Assembly: GCA_028534125.1 (NCBI GenBank)
Contig: CM052818.1
Coordinates: 31,994,001-32,058,000 of the forward strand
Source of the DNA: Lama glama
Lineage: Eukaryota
Length of the DNA: 64,000 nucleotides
Reading direction: 5' to 3'
Made by a program: the position numbers and the translations under genes
In this document: in pieces, positions 51,161 through 64,000 of the stretch
Layout of the letters: each line of letters begins with the position of its first letter
Numbering within the stretch: position 1 is the stretch's first letter
The notes under the pieces: model-generated
The model's database searches: none
What the model saw: the letters and a program-made list of their open reading frames with translations, nothing else
Told to the model about the DNA's origin: nothing

Positions 51161-52049
51161 CATGACTTCACTTCCGAAGGAAGACTTGGTCAACATGTCA
51201 AAAAGCAAAGATTGAGCAGGGAGCTTCAACAAGGTTAACCTTATCACTGAGATGACAAAGACTCAGAGAGCTGGAGAGAGTGCACCTCACTGCACAGCTG
51301 ACAAGTGGCAGGAGTCAAATCTCAGGTCTTATTCTCTATCTCTGAGAAACAATTTTGATGGTGTTAAGGTTGCTTAATGAATAAGACATATAGGCAGACA
51401 CATATAGGAGAAGACTGCAGAGATGGGTGGGACCGTGGAGACCACCATTCAGCAGTTAAGGAGTATCAGGCCCTGGCGTCAGGCTATCTGCATCCCAGCA
51501 GTTAAATATTGGGTCAAGATAAATAGATATAGGGAAATAACCCCAAGACAAAATAACAAACATGCTGCCATGCTTAAACTAGTAGCAAAACTGATAATTC
51601 TCTTTTCAGATGCAGCTCCCAGGACAGAATATACAGTTAAATAAACTCATGGGCCTCTGTTGGCTATAGGAACCTTGCCCACCCCAATCTTAGTTCCCTT
51701 AACTGGGACCCTTAGCTCTACCCAAGAAACAGAGGATGTCAGGAACCGTAGTTGCAAACTTTGAGCCCCAGACTTTAGTGTACCTGTATCCTTGCTTCCT
51801 GAGGCACATGCCCAATAGGATTAAGACTTGGATCTTGGGAATGTGTACACTGACTCAGTCCTCACCTAGGGCATCCCAGGTCCAACTGTGTAAAGGTGGG
51901 ATGAGGACCTTTAAGGACAGCTAAGGTGCTTTTGCTCCTGTCTTGACTCACTGCAGGTCTTGATTCCTGTTAGTGTCTATGACTCCAAATGAAGGGGGGT
52001 CTTTCTGCTACCTTTTCAATTCATAATTCCCTGGTTGTGAGATAATGAC

Positions 52050-52275
52050 ATCAAGGCCTTGGGAGTCCCAGGGAGGAAGCAGGTCAGTGGAAGCCAAATC
52101 AGTCATGTCCTGATGAGTAACCTGAGATGTGACTTCTTTTCTCTAAGCCCCAGTGTCTTCCTCTGTTAAATGGGGGTAAGAGTCCTGCCTACTTCATAGG
52201 GACTCAATAAGATAATGATGCAGGGTGCCTGGCATAGTGTCTGACCACAGTAAGCCCTCAGTAAATGTTATCAGT
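52050..52275 (+). mobile_element. MIR SINE
   Basis: ctaagccccagtgtcttcctctgttaaatggggg...cctacttcataggg...cagtaagccctcagtaaatgtta. Confidence 0.78.
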
Positions 52276-53894
52276 TATAAAAGTACTTTCCACAGGCTTT
52301 CATGGAGATCCCCTGCCTTGGGGCTCCTCTATAAACCCTGACTTGAGTGCTGCCAGAGTCAAGAACATAAGTCTGACCCCAAGCTTGACTTCTGGAACAC
52401 TTGTAATAAGAGACAAAATGAAGACTGAAGCATCATGGGATTGATGGTGTTCTTCTCTTTTTTTTATGACTCTACACTCTGCAGTATTTGTTTCCAAACC
52501 TTGTGTTGGGCCAAGGCTGAGTGACATCAGCCAGTGGGCTCCTATGGACCTGCCCAGGCTGGCCCTTGCCACCCTGTGGTCACCTGGAAACCAGCCAGCC
52601 TTAGAGGGTGTGTCTTAAAATCTAAAGGAAGCTGCTGGTCTCCTAACTTGAATTGTCTTAAGGAGACTGAAGAAACTAGTGGGAGGTCTCTGACTTTACA
52701 GGGTCAGGGTGAAGGATGTACAAAGGACCTTGATCCAGGGGATTTGGGGGGAGCCTGAGGTCAGTCTAGATACAAAGGAGGACTGCTGGATTTTCTACAT
52801 CCACCCAAAGGAAGGCCTGACTGTCCAAAGTACACCAAGTCTCTCTCTTACCCTTTGGTGGTGTTATGTATGGTGCCTGGAACTTCATGCAGTCTCCTTG
52901 CCGAGGCTCAGACTGGGAAGATCCCCGCCTCTGCCTGAGTAGCAAAGGCTGGCTTGCTAGGCACAGGCCTTGGGCATGATTGCTTGGGTAGTCTCACACA
53001 TTCCCAGAGCCTAGATTTCTACCTTCAGATTCTGTGTCCAAGGGTTTGGTCATTTCAGCTTAAGCTAAAACTACAGCCTGGGGAACTAGGCCTCACTTTG
53101 GGCAGGGCCACCTCAGGGTTTTTCTGATGAGGTACATTCTGATGGTAACATTTTTCTGAATGGCTGTGTTTTATACTAGAACAGTGTCTTGAAGCTACCT
53201 GTTAATTTAGTGTTTGAAATGTGACTCATATCCTGGAAGATTTCAGAATATGGGTATAAACTGATAAAAATGCACAAATACACACACACACTCACACTCA
53301 TACTCACCCTGGAGCAGTCGTCTGTAAAACTTGCCTGAACTCTCCTTCTTAATTCTTTGACGATCTTGAGGCAAACTGAGTCTCCTTAGAGTATGATGCA
53401 CATTCTGCCTCCTTCCGTGGGGAATCTGCTTTACAGGTGACAGCCAACCCCTGTTTAGAGGCAGGCAGAGTGAGGTAACTGGCGGTCTGTAGGTTTGGTT
53501 GTGTTGGCCCAGGATGAGTCCTGTAGAATCACTGACCCTCAGAGGTGGAGGCACCATAGAGGGTGTATGATCCATTTCTGTCCTTCAATTGCAAAACACC
53601 AGGCACAGAAAGAGGAATGGATGCGCCTAGGCCCCTCAACTGCTGTGTGCAGGATCAGACCTGGAACCATCCTCAATGCTCTCCCAAGACCTTTCCCTTC
53701 ACAGCACTTGACACTCCTCTCAACAGGAGAACTGTTTCTGGAAGATTACATCACTTTATATTTCTTCCATAATGGAAGTGCTAGAAAGTGGGTAGTGATT
53801 TCAGCTATGGCATTAGCAAGTCTTGGAAAGTGTATCTTTTTTTCATTGCTGTTTTTCTTTCTTTTTCTTTAGTATGTGTTTTTTAAAAATAGCT

Positions 53895-53978
53895 TTCATT
53901 TATTTATTTTAAATCAAAGTATAGTTGATTACAATGTATTAGTTTCTGGTGTACGGCATAGTGATTCAGTTATATGTA
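53895..53978 (-). mobile_element. Very short L1 3' end
   Basis: tttatttattttaaatcaaagtatagttgattacaatgtattagtttctggtgtacggcatagtgattcagttat. Confidence 0.8.
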
Positions 53979-54244
53979 TCTTATTGCTGTTTTTCAATGG
54001 TTAGATTCTCCTGTGTCCAAACAGGTATGTAAAATAAGGTGGAAATCTCTAGATTCTTCTGACGGTCACAGTCACTTTGTAAAATGGGACTGACACAGAG
54101 GTAATACAGATCTGTCCCCATAGGGTAAAAGAGGGGCCTTCACAGATATGAAGAGGTTGCAGACTTAGCATCTAATAATAACCAATATAGAGCACTTCAT
54201 AAGTTTCTCATATATTATTTACTTTAATCTGTTGGCCCTAGATT

Positions 54245-54485
54245 AAAAGCTGTGGAGATGTGATGAAAAAAACCTGGATCTTCAGCCCTGGGTCACATTC
54301 TGGTTCTGCCTCAGGGTAGTCCTTTTGTCTTTGTGCAAGTACAGTAAACTTTCTGAGCCTCAGTTTCCACATCTTTAAAAAGAAGACACGATCCACTTCT
54401 CAGCTTTGTTCAGCAGATTAAATATAGTGATGTAATAAGAAAATTCCTATCATAGTCCCTGGCAGACAATAGGGGGTCAGTGAAT
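54245..54485 (+). mobile_element. MIR SINE
   Basis: tggttctgcc...ttctgagcctcagtttccacatctttaaaa. Confidence 0.72.
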
Positions 54486-56079
54486 TTCCCACTCTTCCTC
54501 TTAGGCGTGGACCTGCTCAGCTATTGGGTTGCTTAAGGCTGAATGCTTCAGTGAAGCCCTTAATCCCTCTGAGTCCTGTCAGTAAGAGAGATTCCACAGC
54601 ACCTAACACACAGGGACCGAGTCAGAGGCGGGTTAAAGAGAGAGCTCCAAGAAGCACCCTAGGTCTAGAAACTCAGAAGAGACCTAAGGAAAATGAGACT
54701 TTACCTGGTGTTTTTAGAGAAGATGAGTCCCAGGTATGGTTGCTCGAAAGGCACTGAGGCTAGCTCGGGAGACAGAAACCTGTGTCGAAATGCAATAAGA
54801 AATTAAATCAGAATGTAGAAAAATCCAATTTGATTTCACTCAAAATGAGCAGTAATGTTAACTCCAATTTTATTTAAAGCCAAAGAGTACAGCTTTGGCA
54901 GCTAAAGAGCTGCTACCTCAGAGCAAGAGTTTCAAAATTAACCCATTTGATAATAAGAATATCTCCCTAGCCTGTTTTATTAGGCAGAGTCTGACCCAAA
55001 CATAGCCAATTATCAGACTCTCCACAGTACAAAAATCCAAGGATTGATGACATTTGATGCTGGGGTTGTATATTCTGTTGTCTGTTTGTCTGATATGCAC
55101 ACAGGGCACACTTGACAGGTAGTGGCATGCCACACTTCTGTCCCAAATAGAAATAGGATGGCTTTAATTGGAGAAGAAAAGTCGAGATTGAGGACGGGCT
55201 TTAGAAGGCGAAGGTTTGGAAAAGGCACTGATGGTTGTCATGTGGGATGGAGGTGGCCAGTAGCTTTCTCTCCCACCTTCTGACTTGATCATTCACTAGT
55301 GTGGATGGGTCTTTTTGATTATCCTCAGAGGAGCCAGATTTAATGGCTAAACTTTTCATTATAAGGATAATTTTTGTGCTACAAAGTACAAAATGTCATA
55401 TCACTTTTTTTTTTTCCTGCTTGCATTCTGCTAACAAAACCAGGTGCCTGGCAAGCAAGTCTTAAAGATTAAGGCAGACTACAATTCATGGACACCAACT
55501 CATAGCAGCAGCTCAGCCCCCAGAGGCAGGTAGAAAGTATTCATGGATGATAAAATATGTAGGCAGCACGTGACATGTCAACTCGAACAAGGCTAGCTCT
55601 GCCTATTTCAGCTTGACATTATAAAGGTGAATTGTTTGAATCGTGAAAGGGAGAGTGGTGTTAACCTTAGGACCAGAAGGATGGCGTCTCCTGGAAAGCA
55701 GCTGGTACATAAATCTCTGCTGGTTGAGAAGCAGAAAGATACTTAATAGAAGTGTAATTGAAGGATTTTTTTTCTTCCCCCCTGAACTTAGTTTGGCCAC
55801 TGTCAATGGGAATTATTCTACTCCCACTCCAGGGCAGGGCCAGCTTCTATGGTGTATCTAAGGGACATTCCAGTGACTGACTGCCTGCATTAGACTTGAC
55901 CTTCCTTCTCCTCTGCCTTCTGAGATTCCCAGCAGGAAACTCATCTTGGAGATCAAGGTAGCAGTGGCTCTAGGAATAGCTGTTAAAATGCACAGTAATA
56001 ATCGGGAGTTAGTACCCATTAACACTACTACACAGGTTGGTTTGTCAAATTAATAATAACCCTTCTGAGAGCAAGGACT

Positions 56080-56380
56080 TTGGAATCTTAAAAGAATCAA
56101 ATCAAGCAGAAGCTTTAGAAGACATCTAGTTTGGGTTTCATTCTGTTTTTGAGGAACTTGAGGTCCAGAGAGGCTAAGTGGCTTGTTCAAGGTAACCAGA
56201 AAATCAGTGGCAGAGTTGGAGCTAAAACCCAGGTTTCCTTGGGTAATTGTTTCTAGAACCATGTAGCCTAAACCTCTTATTTTACAGATGAGGGCACCAA
56301 ATTCCACATGTGAGAAGAGACTGGCTAAGCCTGGATACCAACCGAATTTCCTATATTCTTATACAATGGTCTTTATATCA
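56080..56380 (-). mobile_element. Two tandem MIR/MIR3 fragments just upstream of exon 3
   Basis: gaggaacttgaggtccagagaggctaagtggcttgttcaagg...gtggcagagttggagctaaaacccagg; cttattttacagatgagg. Confidence 0.7.
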
Positions 56381-56708
56381 CATTTTCTCTTTCCTCATAT
56401 GCCCAGGACTGAAGGGAGATGATGAAGTAAAGGGTAAATGAATTATTTGTGTTTTGGCACATACTCTGTTGATCCATCAGTGAACACTGAGAGCCTCTTA
56501 GGTACAAAGCACTTCAGCCACTTTGGGTAATACACAATGAGCAAGGCAGAGGAGAGAGAAGGGAGTGTATCTGAAAAGTAGGACAGACTTGACATGATTG
56601 GGCTCAAGGATGATTTCTGCAAAAGTTGTAGATGAGATAAAGGCCAACTTCCTGGGATGGAGGAGTTGGGCTGGAAGGTCACATTTGGGAGACAGTTTGC
56701 TCCACTGA

Positions 56709-56960
<252 letters not shown>

Positions 56961-57189
56961 TGAAATTTTGAAGCTTCCCCACCCCTGCTCTATGCTGTTT
57001 ATAATAACTGTGCCTCCACATGTCTTCTTGGGCTCTACGAGGAAGAGGAGAATGCAAGTCTAATTTCAATATCAATCCAACCCTTTACTGTCTTATCAAG
57101 TAAGAAAATAGGACTTCATAGCTCTCTTTCACACAGATTTCCCAGTGTAAGAAGTAGAAGAAAATGCTGATCTGTTTGTTCATTTGGAA

Positions 57190-57380
57190 TGGGATCACCA
57201 AATAAAACACAGGACACCCAGTTAAATTTGAGCTTCAAGTGAACAAATGATTTTTTTAGTACAAGTATGTCTCATGCAATAGTTGGGACATACTTATACT
57301 CAAAATTACTCCAATTATACTCAAACATTCAAACATAATTGAGTGTCTTGCATTTTTATTTGCTAAATTTGGCAATCCTA
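57190..57380 (+). mobile_element. MER53 palindromic hAT MITE
   Basis: aataaaacacaggacacccagttaaatttg...tttttagtacaagtatgtctca...tgggacatacttatact...tttttatttgctaaatttggcaatccta. Confidence 0.9.
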
Positions 57381-58260
57381 ATTCAGAAGGTATTATATGA
57401 CTGAGTTAAATGTTCGTTTCAAAGCCATTAATGAATATTCAGACTGCATATTAATTTTGCAAGTTGCTTCCAGTAGTTCTGAGCTGTTTCTGAATATCCT
57501 TTTCTGAATTGTCAAGGCTGAAAAAGATAGGCTCAAGATAAGTGGTGGGTGCTTGTTAAATATTTGCTGAGTTTTTAGAGATGTGGAGGCACTAAGCCCT
57601 AGTACTGCCTGCCTCCAGTTCTCTCTAAGGCAAATCTTAGGGCTCCCAATTCCTTGGACCCAGAAAACTTACCCACCCCAAATTTTTAGTTTACATTTCT
57701 AACTTTTAAGAAGAAATGATAGGTGACATAGTACTGGACTTACTGTACATTCAGAGTAGTACTTTCATTTTGCAAAACCCTTCCAACTACACTGTCTCAT
57801 TGGATTCCAGTTTTGTGAGGGAGGCAGGGAAAATGAAAAAGCTCGGTCTCAGAGAGGGAAATGACTTGCTAGAGATCACGCAGCTTGTGTTTGTGGGTCC
57901 AGGTCTAGATGATGAGTCCTGGACACGATGAGTCCTAGACAAGAACGTTTCTGTCTTTGCAGCAAAAGTTTTGCTGAGAGCCTGCTGTGGGCCCAGTTTT
58001 GAGGGTGATTTTCTCAGGCAAATGTTCTTGGGAATCTAACAGACAGGTCTCAAGTAAACTCATGGGGGTAATGACTAATGACTAGTAACTAACACTTCTA
58101 GGCTTCTACATTAGCTTCGAACCCTGAACTTTGAGGCACTTTCTTTTCTATACACTCTCCCAGGCTGACCTTTTATGTTTTTATGGCTCTTTCGAAATTT
58201 CTTGAACTTGACTTACATTTTAAGCTGCTTTCACCTGGATACTGATGTGTAATGTGAAGG

Positions 58261-58286
58261 GTGTGTGTGTGTGTGTGTGTGTGTGT
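58261..58286. repeat. (GT)13 microsatellite
   Basis: Perfect GT dinucleotide run. Confidence 0.97.
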
Positions 58287-58291
58287 AGGTG

Positions 58292-58420
58292 AGTGGCTCT
58301 TAACCCCATAGTGCATCTGAATCTTCTGGAGAACTTATGAAAAATACCACTTGGGTCCTATAGCCTAAGATTCTGTTTCAGTAGATCTGAGATGGAGCCT
58401 AGAAATCTGTATATTTTCAA
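58292..58420. mobile_element. MER5-type element, split by an L1 (remainder at ~59180-59205)
   Basis: agtggctcttaacc...gattctgtttcagtagatctgagatggagcctagaaatctgtatatttt, resuming aagtttctcaggtgattctga. Confidence 0.7.
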
Positions 58421-59175
58421 AATTTATTGTAAAATCTAACATGTGCAAAAAAGTAGGTATAATGTATATACATGTATTAAAGATTACAATGAAATCAGTG
58501 CTTGTGTTTGCACCACCAAGTGTAAGAATTTGAATGTTGTCAGTCCCTTTACAACCTCTTCTGTCCCCCACCTAGATCAAGAATCTCTTTCTTCCCCCAG
58601 AGGTACTATCCTGCGCTTTGTGTTAATCATTCATTTGCTTTTCTTTATGTTCTAACCACTTGTGTATATAGCCTCAAGCAACATATTGATTAGGTTTGCA
58701 ACCTGTTATATGAATGGAATAATGCTGTTTTTTTATAATTTGTCCATTTTTATGCATGTAGCTGTGGTTCATTTGGTTTTGAGTCCATTGCATGAAAATA
58801 CCACAATTTATCTCTTCTACTGTCCCTAGGTATTTGGGTTGTTGCAGGTTTTTGCTATTACTAACAACACTGCTGTCCACATTTTTGTATATGCCTCTTG
58901 GTGCATGGACATGTCCAAGAATTTCCCTAGAGCATAGAACTTGGTGTGGAATTTCTGGGGTACAAAGTACAGCTTCCACTTCAGTAGATAATCCAATCTA
59001 TTTTCCAAAGTGGTCACACCAAGTTATACTCCCTCCGCTGATGTATTAGTATTTCTCCCTGGAACTTTAAATCCTCATTGGTACCTAGTATTGCCAGACT
59101 TTGCCATTTTTGTTTATCTGGTGGATGAAATACAGTGTCTCATCTAATTTCTGTGGGACTCTTTTATTTTATGTT
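58420..59175 (-). mobile_element. Old L1M (MB/MC/ME-like) 3' fragment
   Basis: ccccagaggtactatcctg...atgaatggaataatgctg...tttgggttgttgcaggtttttgctatt...ttttccaaagtggt...ttatactccc. Confidence 0.8.
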
Positions 59176-60417
59176 TGCATAAGTTTCTCAGGTGATTCTG
59201 AGGTATAGTGAGTTTATTGTACTATTGACGTGGATTCCCTTTCACACTTACTCCTGTTCAGCCACCCCTAGGGATGTCTCTGGATCCCAATTCCTAACCT
59301 CTAGAAACAGTCCTGACAGTGCATGTGTTTTTGGTCAGTGTAGGTTGTTGTTGTTGTTGTTGTTTAATTTGATAACTATTGGGTTGTTAGTTCAGTGAGA
59401 TCAGGAGAGAGGGACAAGTGGCAGTTGTCCACAGATGTTATGGTGTCAGAATTTATAACTTTGAAAATCAGTGCTTTTAAAATTTTAAACAAAATTTAAA
59501 GCAGTGAGAATAGATTATGTATTGCCACTCTCTGACCTCTTTCTCCTCCTCCATCCTGTAATGATCTCTGGCATTTGCATGGTACATTGAGTACTGTGAG
59601 AAAAAAAAAAGGAAAGAAGGAGAGGAAGGAAGGAAGAAATACTCATTTCTCAGTGGTCTTGAGTGTGGAAATATATTGAAGCCTTTATGTTTCTATAAAG
59701 CTGGGTCCCAAGGGCCAGGACATGCAATGAATGTGAATGTTTTCCCATTAAATCAATCAGCCAGGATTTCAATATCTACTTTTTAGTAAGTGTTGCCAAC
59801 TTCCATCTACCTGGAAAATCACTGCTCTTCCCAGTGGTGGTATCTCACATCACTGAGGACGATGATGAGAACCGCCATGACAAAAGCCACCATGGATGCG
59901 CCAGCTCACTTTATCAAGCTCTTTAGTGAACAGACACATCCACACGTGACTTGGGGGAATCTCACCATCGTTAGATACTTGTGTTTGTTTCTCCTGGGCT
60001 CTAAAGAGGGATCTGTACTTGATCAGTCTTAGAAACAAGAGGCCAGCCTCCCAGCTTTTTTAGGGACTCTTCTGGAAGATCACTGAGAAGTGTTCAAAAC
60101 TTCCAGTGATAACTTTCATTGCTTTTTGAGTCAACTGAGTACATCACTACCTGTTTGTTCCCTGAAGTAAGGTTGCTCCTCATGAAGCAGGCTGATGCAT
60201 CTTAATGTCCCTTGATCTTCAGGGAAAGAGGTGAAGGTGAGGGGAGAGAAGATGACATGTCCAGTCTGAACAGCGGCAAAGCAAGAACCTACACCCCAGT
60301 CCTAACTCTCAGCTCTTTAGAATCTCACTTTCTCTGTCATTTTGGCAGAAAGGATGCTGGTGGTGGAGAAAAGAGTGAGTGATGGAGTGCCCTTTAGGGC
60401 AGTGTAGGCAGCAGAGG

Positions 60418-60451
<34 letters not shown>

Positions 60452-61213
60452 GACTCAACATTTATTGGTTGGATTGTATTTAGACTCTGTTACAATATTT
60501 CTTGTCAGGGGATATAGAAGGGCCAGAGAAAGGCAGTGAGATAATACCAATCATAGATAATGAACTGTAGGAGTATAAATTCTGAATGATCTTAATTTAT
60601 GGTCCCTATAGCTGAGAATAATAAGGGAGATAATATTCAGAGCAGCAAGATAATAAAAAGTGATGATCTTGATGGAACACAGTATTCTAAATTAATAAAA
60701 TCTTGAGAAATCATCAGGTTGAGGCATTCTATGACTTTTTAAGGAGTGCCGGGGCATGTTTAATGTCTACTACTTCCGGTGTTTTGGAATGTAGTCAAGG
60801 GAACATATTTTTCTTATCCAGCAAGATAAGATTTTGATCTCAAACTAAACGCTAGCTTTAAAATGGGAAACAAATTAGCAGCTTCTCCCCAGGGCCCCTT
60901 CCCAACCCCTTACTCATGTGCATACACGAGAAGAAAAGGAGTAGACTCAGCTGGGAGAGGCTGCAATTCTTCCTGTATCAACTCATTCTCTTCCAGGGCA
61001 TTGATTCTCAAGTTTTTGCTTTGTTTTGTTGGATTGCCTGCACAGAACCCTGCTACTGAGCTTTTTCTGTTTATCTAGATGGCTTAATTTTCAAAAAGGT
61101 TGAGAAATACTGTCCTGGAGCTCTGAAATGCCTAGTGAAGCTGCCATAGATGCAAGGGTACTGATGCCAGAATGAGGTCACTTAGCCTTTTGGTCCACTC
61201 CTGTTGTACCCTT

Positions 61214-61400
61214 GTTTGTTTCTTGTAGCTGCTGCAACAAATGAACACAAACTGGGTGGCTTAAAACAACAGAAATTAATGTTCTCCCAGTTTTGGAAGC
61301 CAGCAGTCTGAGATCAAAATGTTGGCATGGTTGCGACCTACGGAGGCTCTGCAGGAGAATCCATTCCATGCCTCTTTCCTAGCTTCTGGTGGCCAATAAT
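61214..61400 (-). mobile_element. MLT1 (C/D-like) LTR 3' fragment
   Basis: acacaaactgggtggcttaaaacaacagaaatt...cagttttggaagcc...ggagaatccattccatgcctct..ctagcttctggtgg. Confidence 0.85.
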
Positions 61401-61695
61401 TGCTCCCCTCACTTTGTATCTATAAGCAGTCGTTAGCAAAGACCTTTGGTTTTAGAAGGATGTTGAAGTTGGGAGAACCATCAGGAAAGATAGGCAAATT
61501 TAAACAGAATAAAAATGTAATTGGAATGACAGACGAACAGACACAGACACACACCCACACAGGGACAGAACAATGTTTCTTTTTGCTTGTTTCAAATGGG
61601 ATGATTCAAACTGGGACTGTCTTTGAGAAGTGTTCCCCCAGAAGCTCCCTTCCTATGCTGCTCACTCTGTCTACTATGAAGTTTCTGTTTTAAGA

Positions 61696-61890
61696 CAGTG
61701 GTCTCTAAACTTTATTTTATTGTATGCCCGATCAGTAAAATATTTCTGAGCACCCCTGCTATGTATATATTCATCAATTATATGCATGTATTTGTTTCTA
61801 ACTGTATAACACTATTGGTAAAACTTACTTTCTTTCTTACTTCTTTACATTAAAATAAATATAACCATGAACACACTTTGGAGACTACTG
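61696..61890. mobile_element. hAT-Charlie MITE (subfamily uncertain)
   Basis: Terminal inverted repeats cagtggtctctaaa / tttggagactactg around an AT-rich core. Confidence 0.65.
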
Positions 61891-62319
61891 CAGGACATCT
61901 GTTCTCTATAAATGAGATTGGACTTCCGGGCTTGCTATGGCACATCACTCAGCCCCAGAGTCATTGATGTCTCTGTCCCTTTCCAGTCCTTTAAGAAGCC
62001 TGCTGGGCTGATTTCTCCACGCCTGCTTACCTCCCATCACCTGGGCTTGCTGGCCAGGCACTCCTCCATCAAGAAAGCCTTGCTGGTTTAGCTCTTGTGG
62101 CCTCTCTGACTCTTAAGTTTCAGAGACCATTTAGTCTCTTTTCTCAGACTCTGCATGGTTAGGAGAAGAAAGAAATCACTTCTTGCCTAAGTGCTATTAA
62201 CATACCAACTTGCCCCGCAAAACCAAGATACTTTTCTCTATAGACTACCTGACAGATCTGAGGAACAGGGTTGCAGCCAAGTATTTTCTACTGGCTTATC
62301 TAAAAAACTGTCTTGGGGG

Positions 62320-62700
62320 TGGTGTTTATGATGGTGAAAAAGTAGAAATCATTTAAATGCTCAAATAATGAGGATTTAGTTAAATAAAATGTATTATGGC
62401 TAAATATTATACAGCCATTACATTTATGCTATCTTAAAATATTTAATAATTCAGGAAAATATTCAAGGCCTATTATTAGATTTTTTAAAGGTTAAACAGT
62501 ATATGTTATATAACTTGTTTTGTAACTGTGTATGTACATAAGAAAACTATGTATATAAGGGAAGAATTCTATAAGGAAATAAACCAACATAGTAGCAGCA
62601 GTTATTTATAGATGATTCAGTTATCAGTGATTTTTATTTTCTTTTGGTATTTTCCAAATTTGAGTCCATAAACATGTACTACTTTTATAATAAGATAAAA
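62320..62700 (+). mobile_element. Old L1ME-like 3' end
   Basis: tgtttatgatggtgaaaaagtagaaatcatttaaatg...ttaaataaa...tattacagccatta...aacatgtactacttttataat. Confidence 0.65.
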
Positions 62701-64000
62701 CATGTCCTTATTCTTTAATTCAAAGGGATTAAAAATTCTCATTTGAGGCTACATCTTACTGAATCATTTTGGACTTTTTTGGGGGAAAAATGTTAACTAT
62801 TTTCTACCACAACAACCAGAAAAGCCAGTGGTACTGGCTGGGGTGACGTAGATAGACAAGCAGATGGAGAAGCAGGTTGCATTCCTGCCTGCCTGAGTAA
62901 GGTACAGGGTATCAGCGGTTCATGTCAGCTCACAAATCCAGAACACCCCACCCCACCCTCTTTCTGCTTGGCTTATCCTTGAAGGGTTAGAAAGGGTAAC
63001 CACATGTGCATCAGGCTCAGGAATGTGCCCAGGGACCGAATGCAGCATGTAAGCAACATGTCCTACTTCAGTTTAATTTTTGCCCCTTCAGATGTTTCAG
63101 AAGTGTTCTGGGTGGTCATGCCTTTCATTTAAGCACAACTTTTCATCATGCTAAGGTCACTGTGGGTATTTGTATCCTCTTATCCCTCCCCTCTTCTGGA
63201 ACTCACCATGAGAGGTCACATTAGTTCCCTGGTTCTGCTTGCAGAAATGTATCCTACATTTCCTGAGCAATGAGGTCACTAGGCCTTGGATCTTGACCCT
63301 TCAACAAGATGTGACTTGTGATTCTTTCATCCTAATAAAATTCTGATGCCAGTCTAGAAGCTGGAACTTGAGCTCCAAAGAGACTTTCCTTAATGAGTTG
63401 GCATGCCTTTAGGGTGTCTGGTGAAGTATTTCTTGCCTCCCCATCAGGGTAAGCCTCTTCCACGGTGTTGCCTCTGCTTCCTATGGGAGGCCATCACTGG
63501 GAGGGGATGGATTATGGTTGTGATGAAGATTATGACCCACCTTAACTGACTCTTAACAACCCTGCCCAAGAGCATGGGGAATAAGAAAGGAAGGAAGACA
63601 AGAGTTGGAGGGAGAGGGACCTGGGCTCTCATCCCAGCTCTGCCATAAGGGATGACACTTTACGTCTCTGGGCTGTAGGGTCCTCATCTGTAATGTAAAG
63701 GTCTTAGACTAGATTGTCACTCTAATATTTCTAGCTCTAATATAAGGCTAGGGGTAGGCATTTCCAATACAAAGGATAGCAATGTACCTGGCACAAAATT
63801 TGTGAGCCAAAGAAATCCCCACCAGCCTTAGGAGATGTATCCATTCCCCAAGATTTAGTCATGGTTTCTGGAAGCTGGACAGACCTATGGCTGAAGTCAC
63901 TCTTTAGACCACAGCATCAAGATTGGAGAATTGCCTCTCAAAACCTATATGGCACCCTGGAGGGAAGAAAGAGGAGCTCCTTGAGAGGCTAGGGAGCCTG

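Noticed and set aside
51610..51644. Acceptor followed by DAAPRTEYTVK* as an alternative terminal exon after exon 2
   Set aside because: It is phase-compatible, but the only nearby AATAAA overlaps the stop codon and nothing else supports it.

Overview
Mammalian genomic DNA lying entirely inside the ALK (anaplastic lymphoma kinase) gene on the + strand. It contains the 3' ~40 kb of intron 1, coding exon 2 (40249-40368, 120 nt), intron 2 (~16.4 kb), coding exon 3 (56728-56892, 165 nt, start of MAM domain 1) and the first ~7 kb of intron 3. The introns are filled with old interspersed repeats (MIR, L2, L3/CR1, L1M, MLT1/MLT2 LTRs, hAT MER5/53/58/94/102) and one younger 5'-truncated L1. No young lineage-specific SINEs were recognised; that and the L1 3'UTR suggest a cetartiodactyl, possibly a camelid (inference). 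Almost all supplied ORFs are noise. I cannot support a new multi-gene system. The most striking unexplained structure is three locally templated insertions (36-71 bp copied from 0.4-2 kb away, two with short flanking direct repeats, one inverted). Also notable are a sense-strand MER53 hairpin carrying a miR-1302-like arm, a perfect RFX X-box, and several speculative frame-compatible cryptic ALK exons. Repeat boundaries and subfamilies were judged by eye and are approximate.
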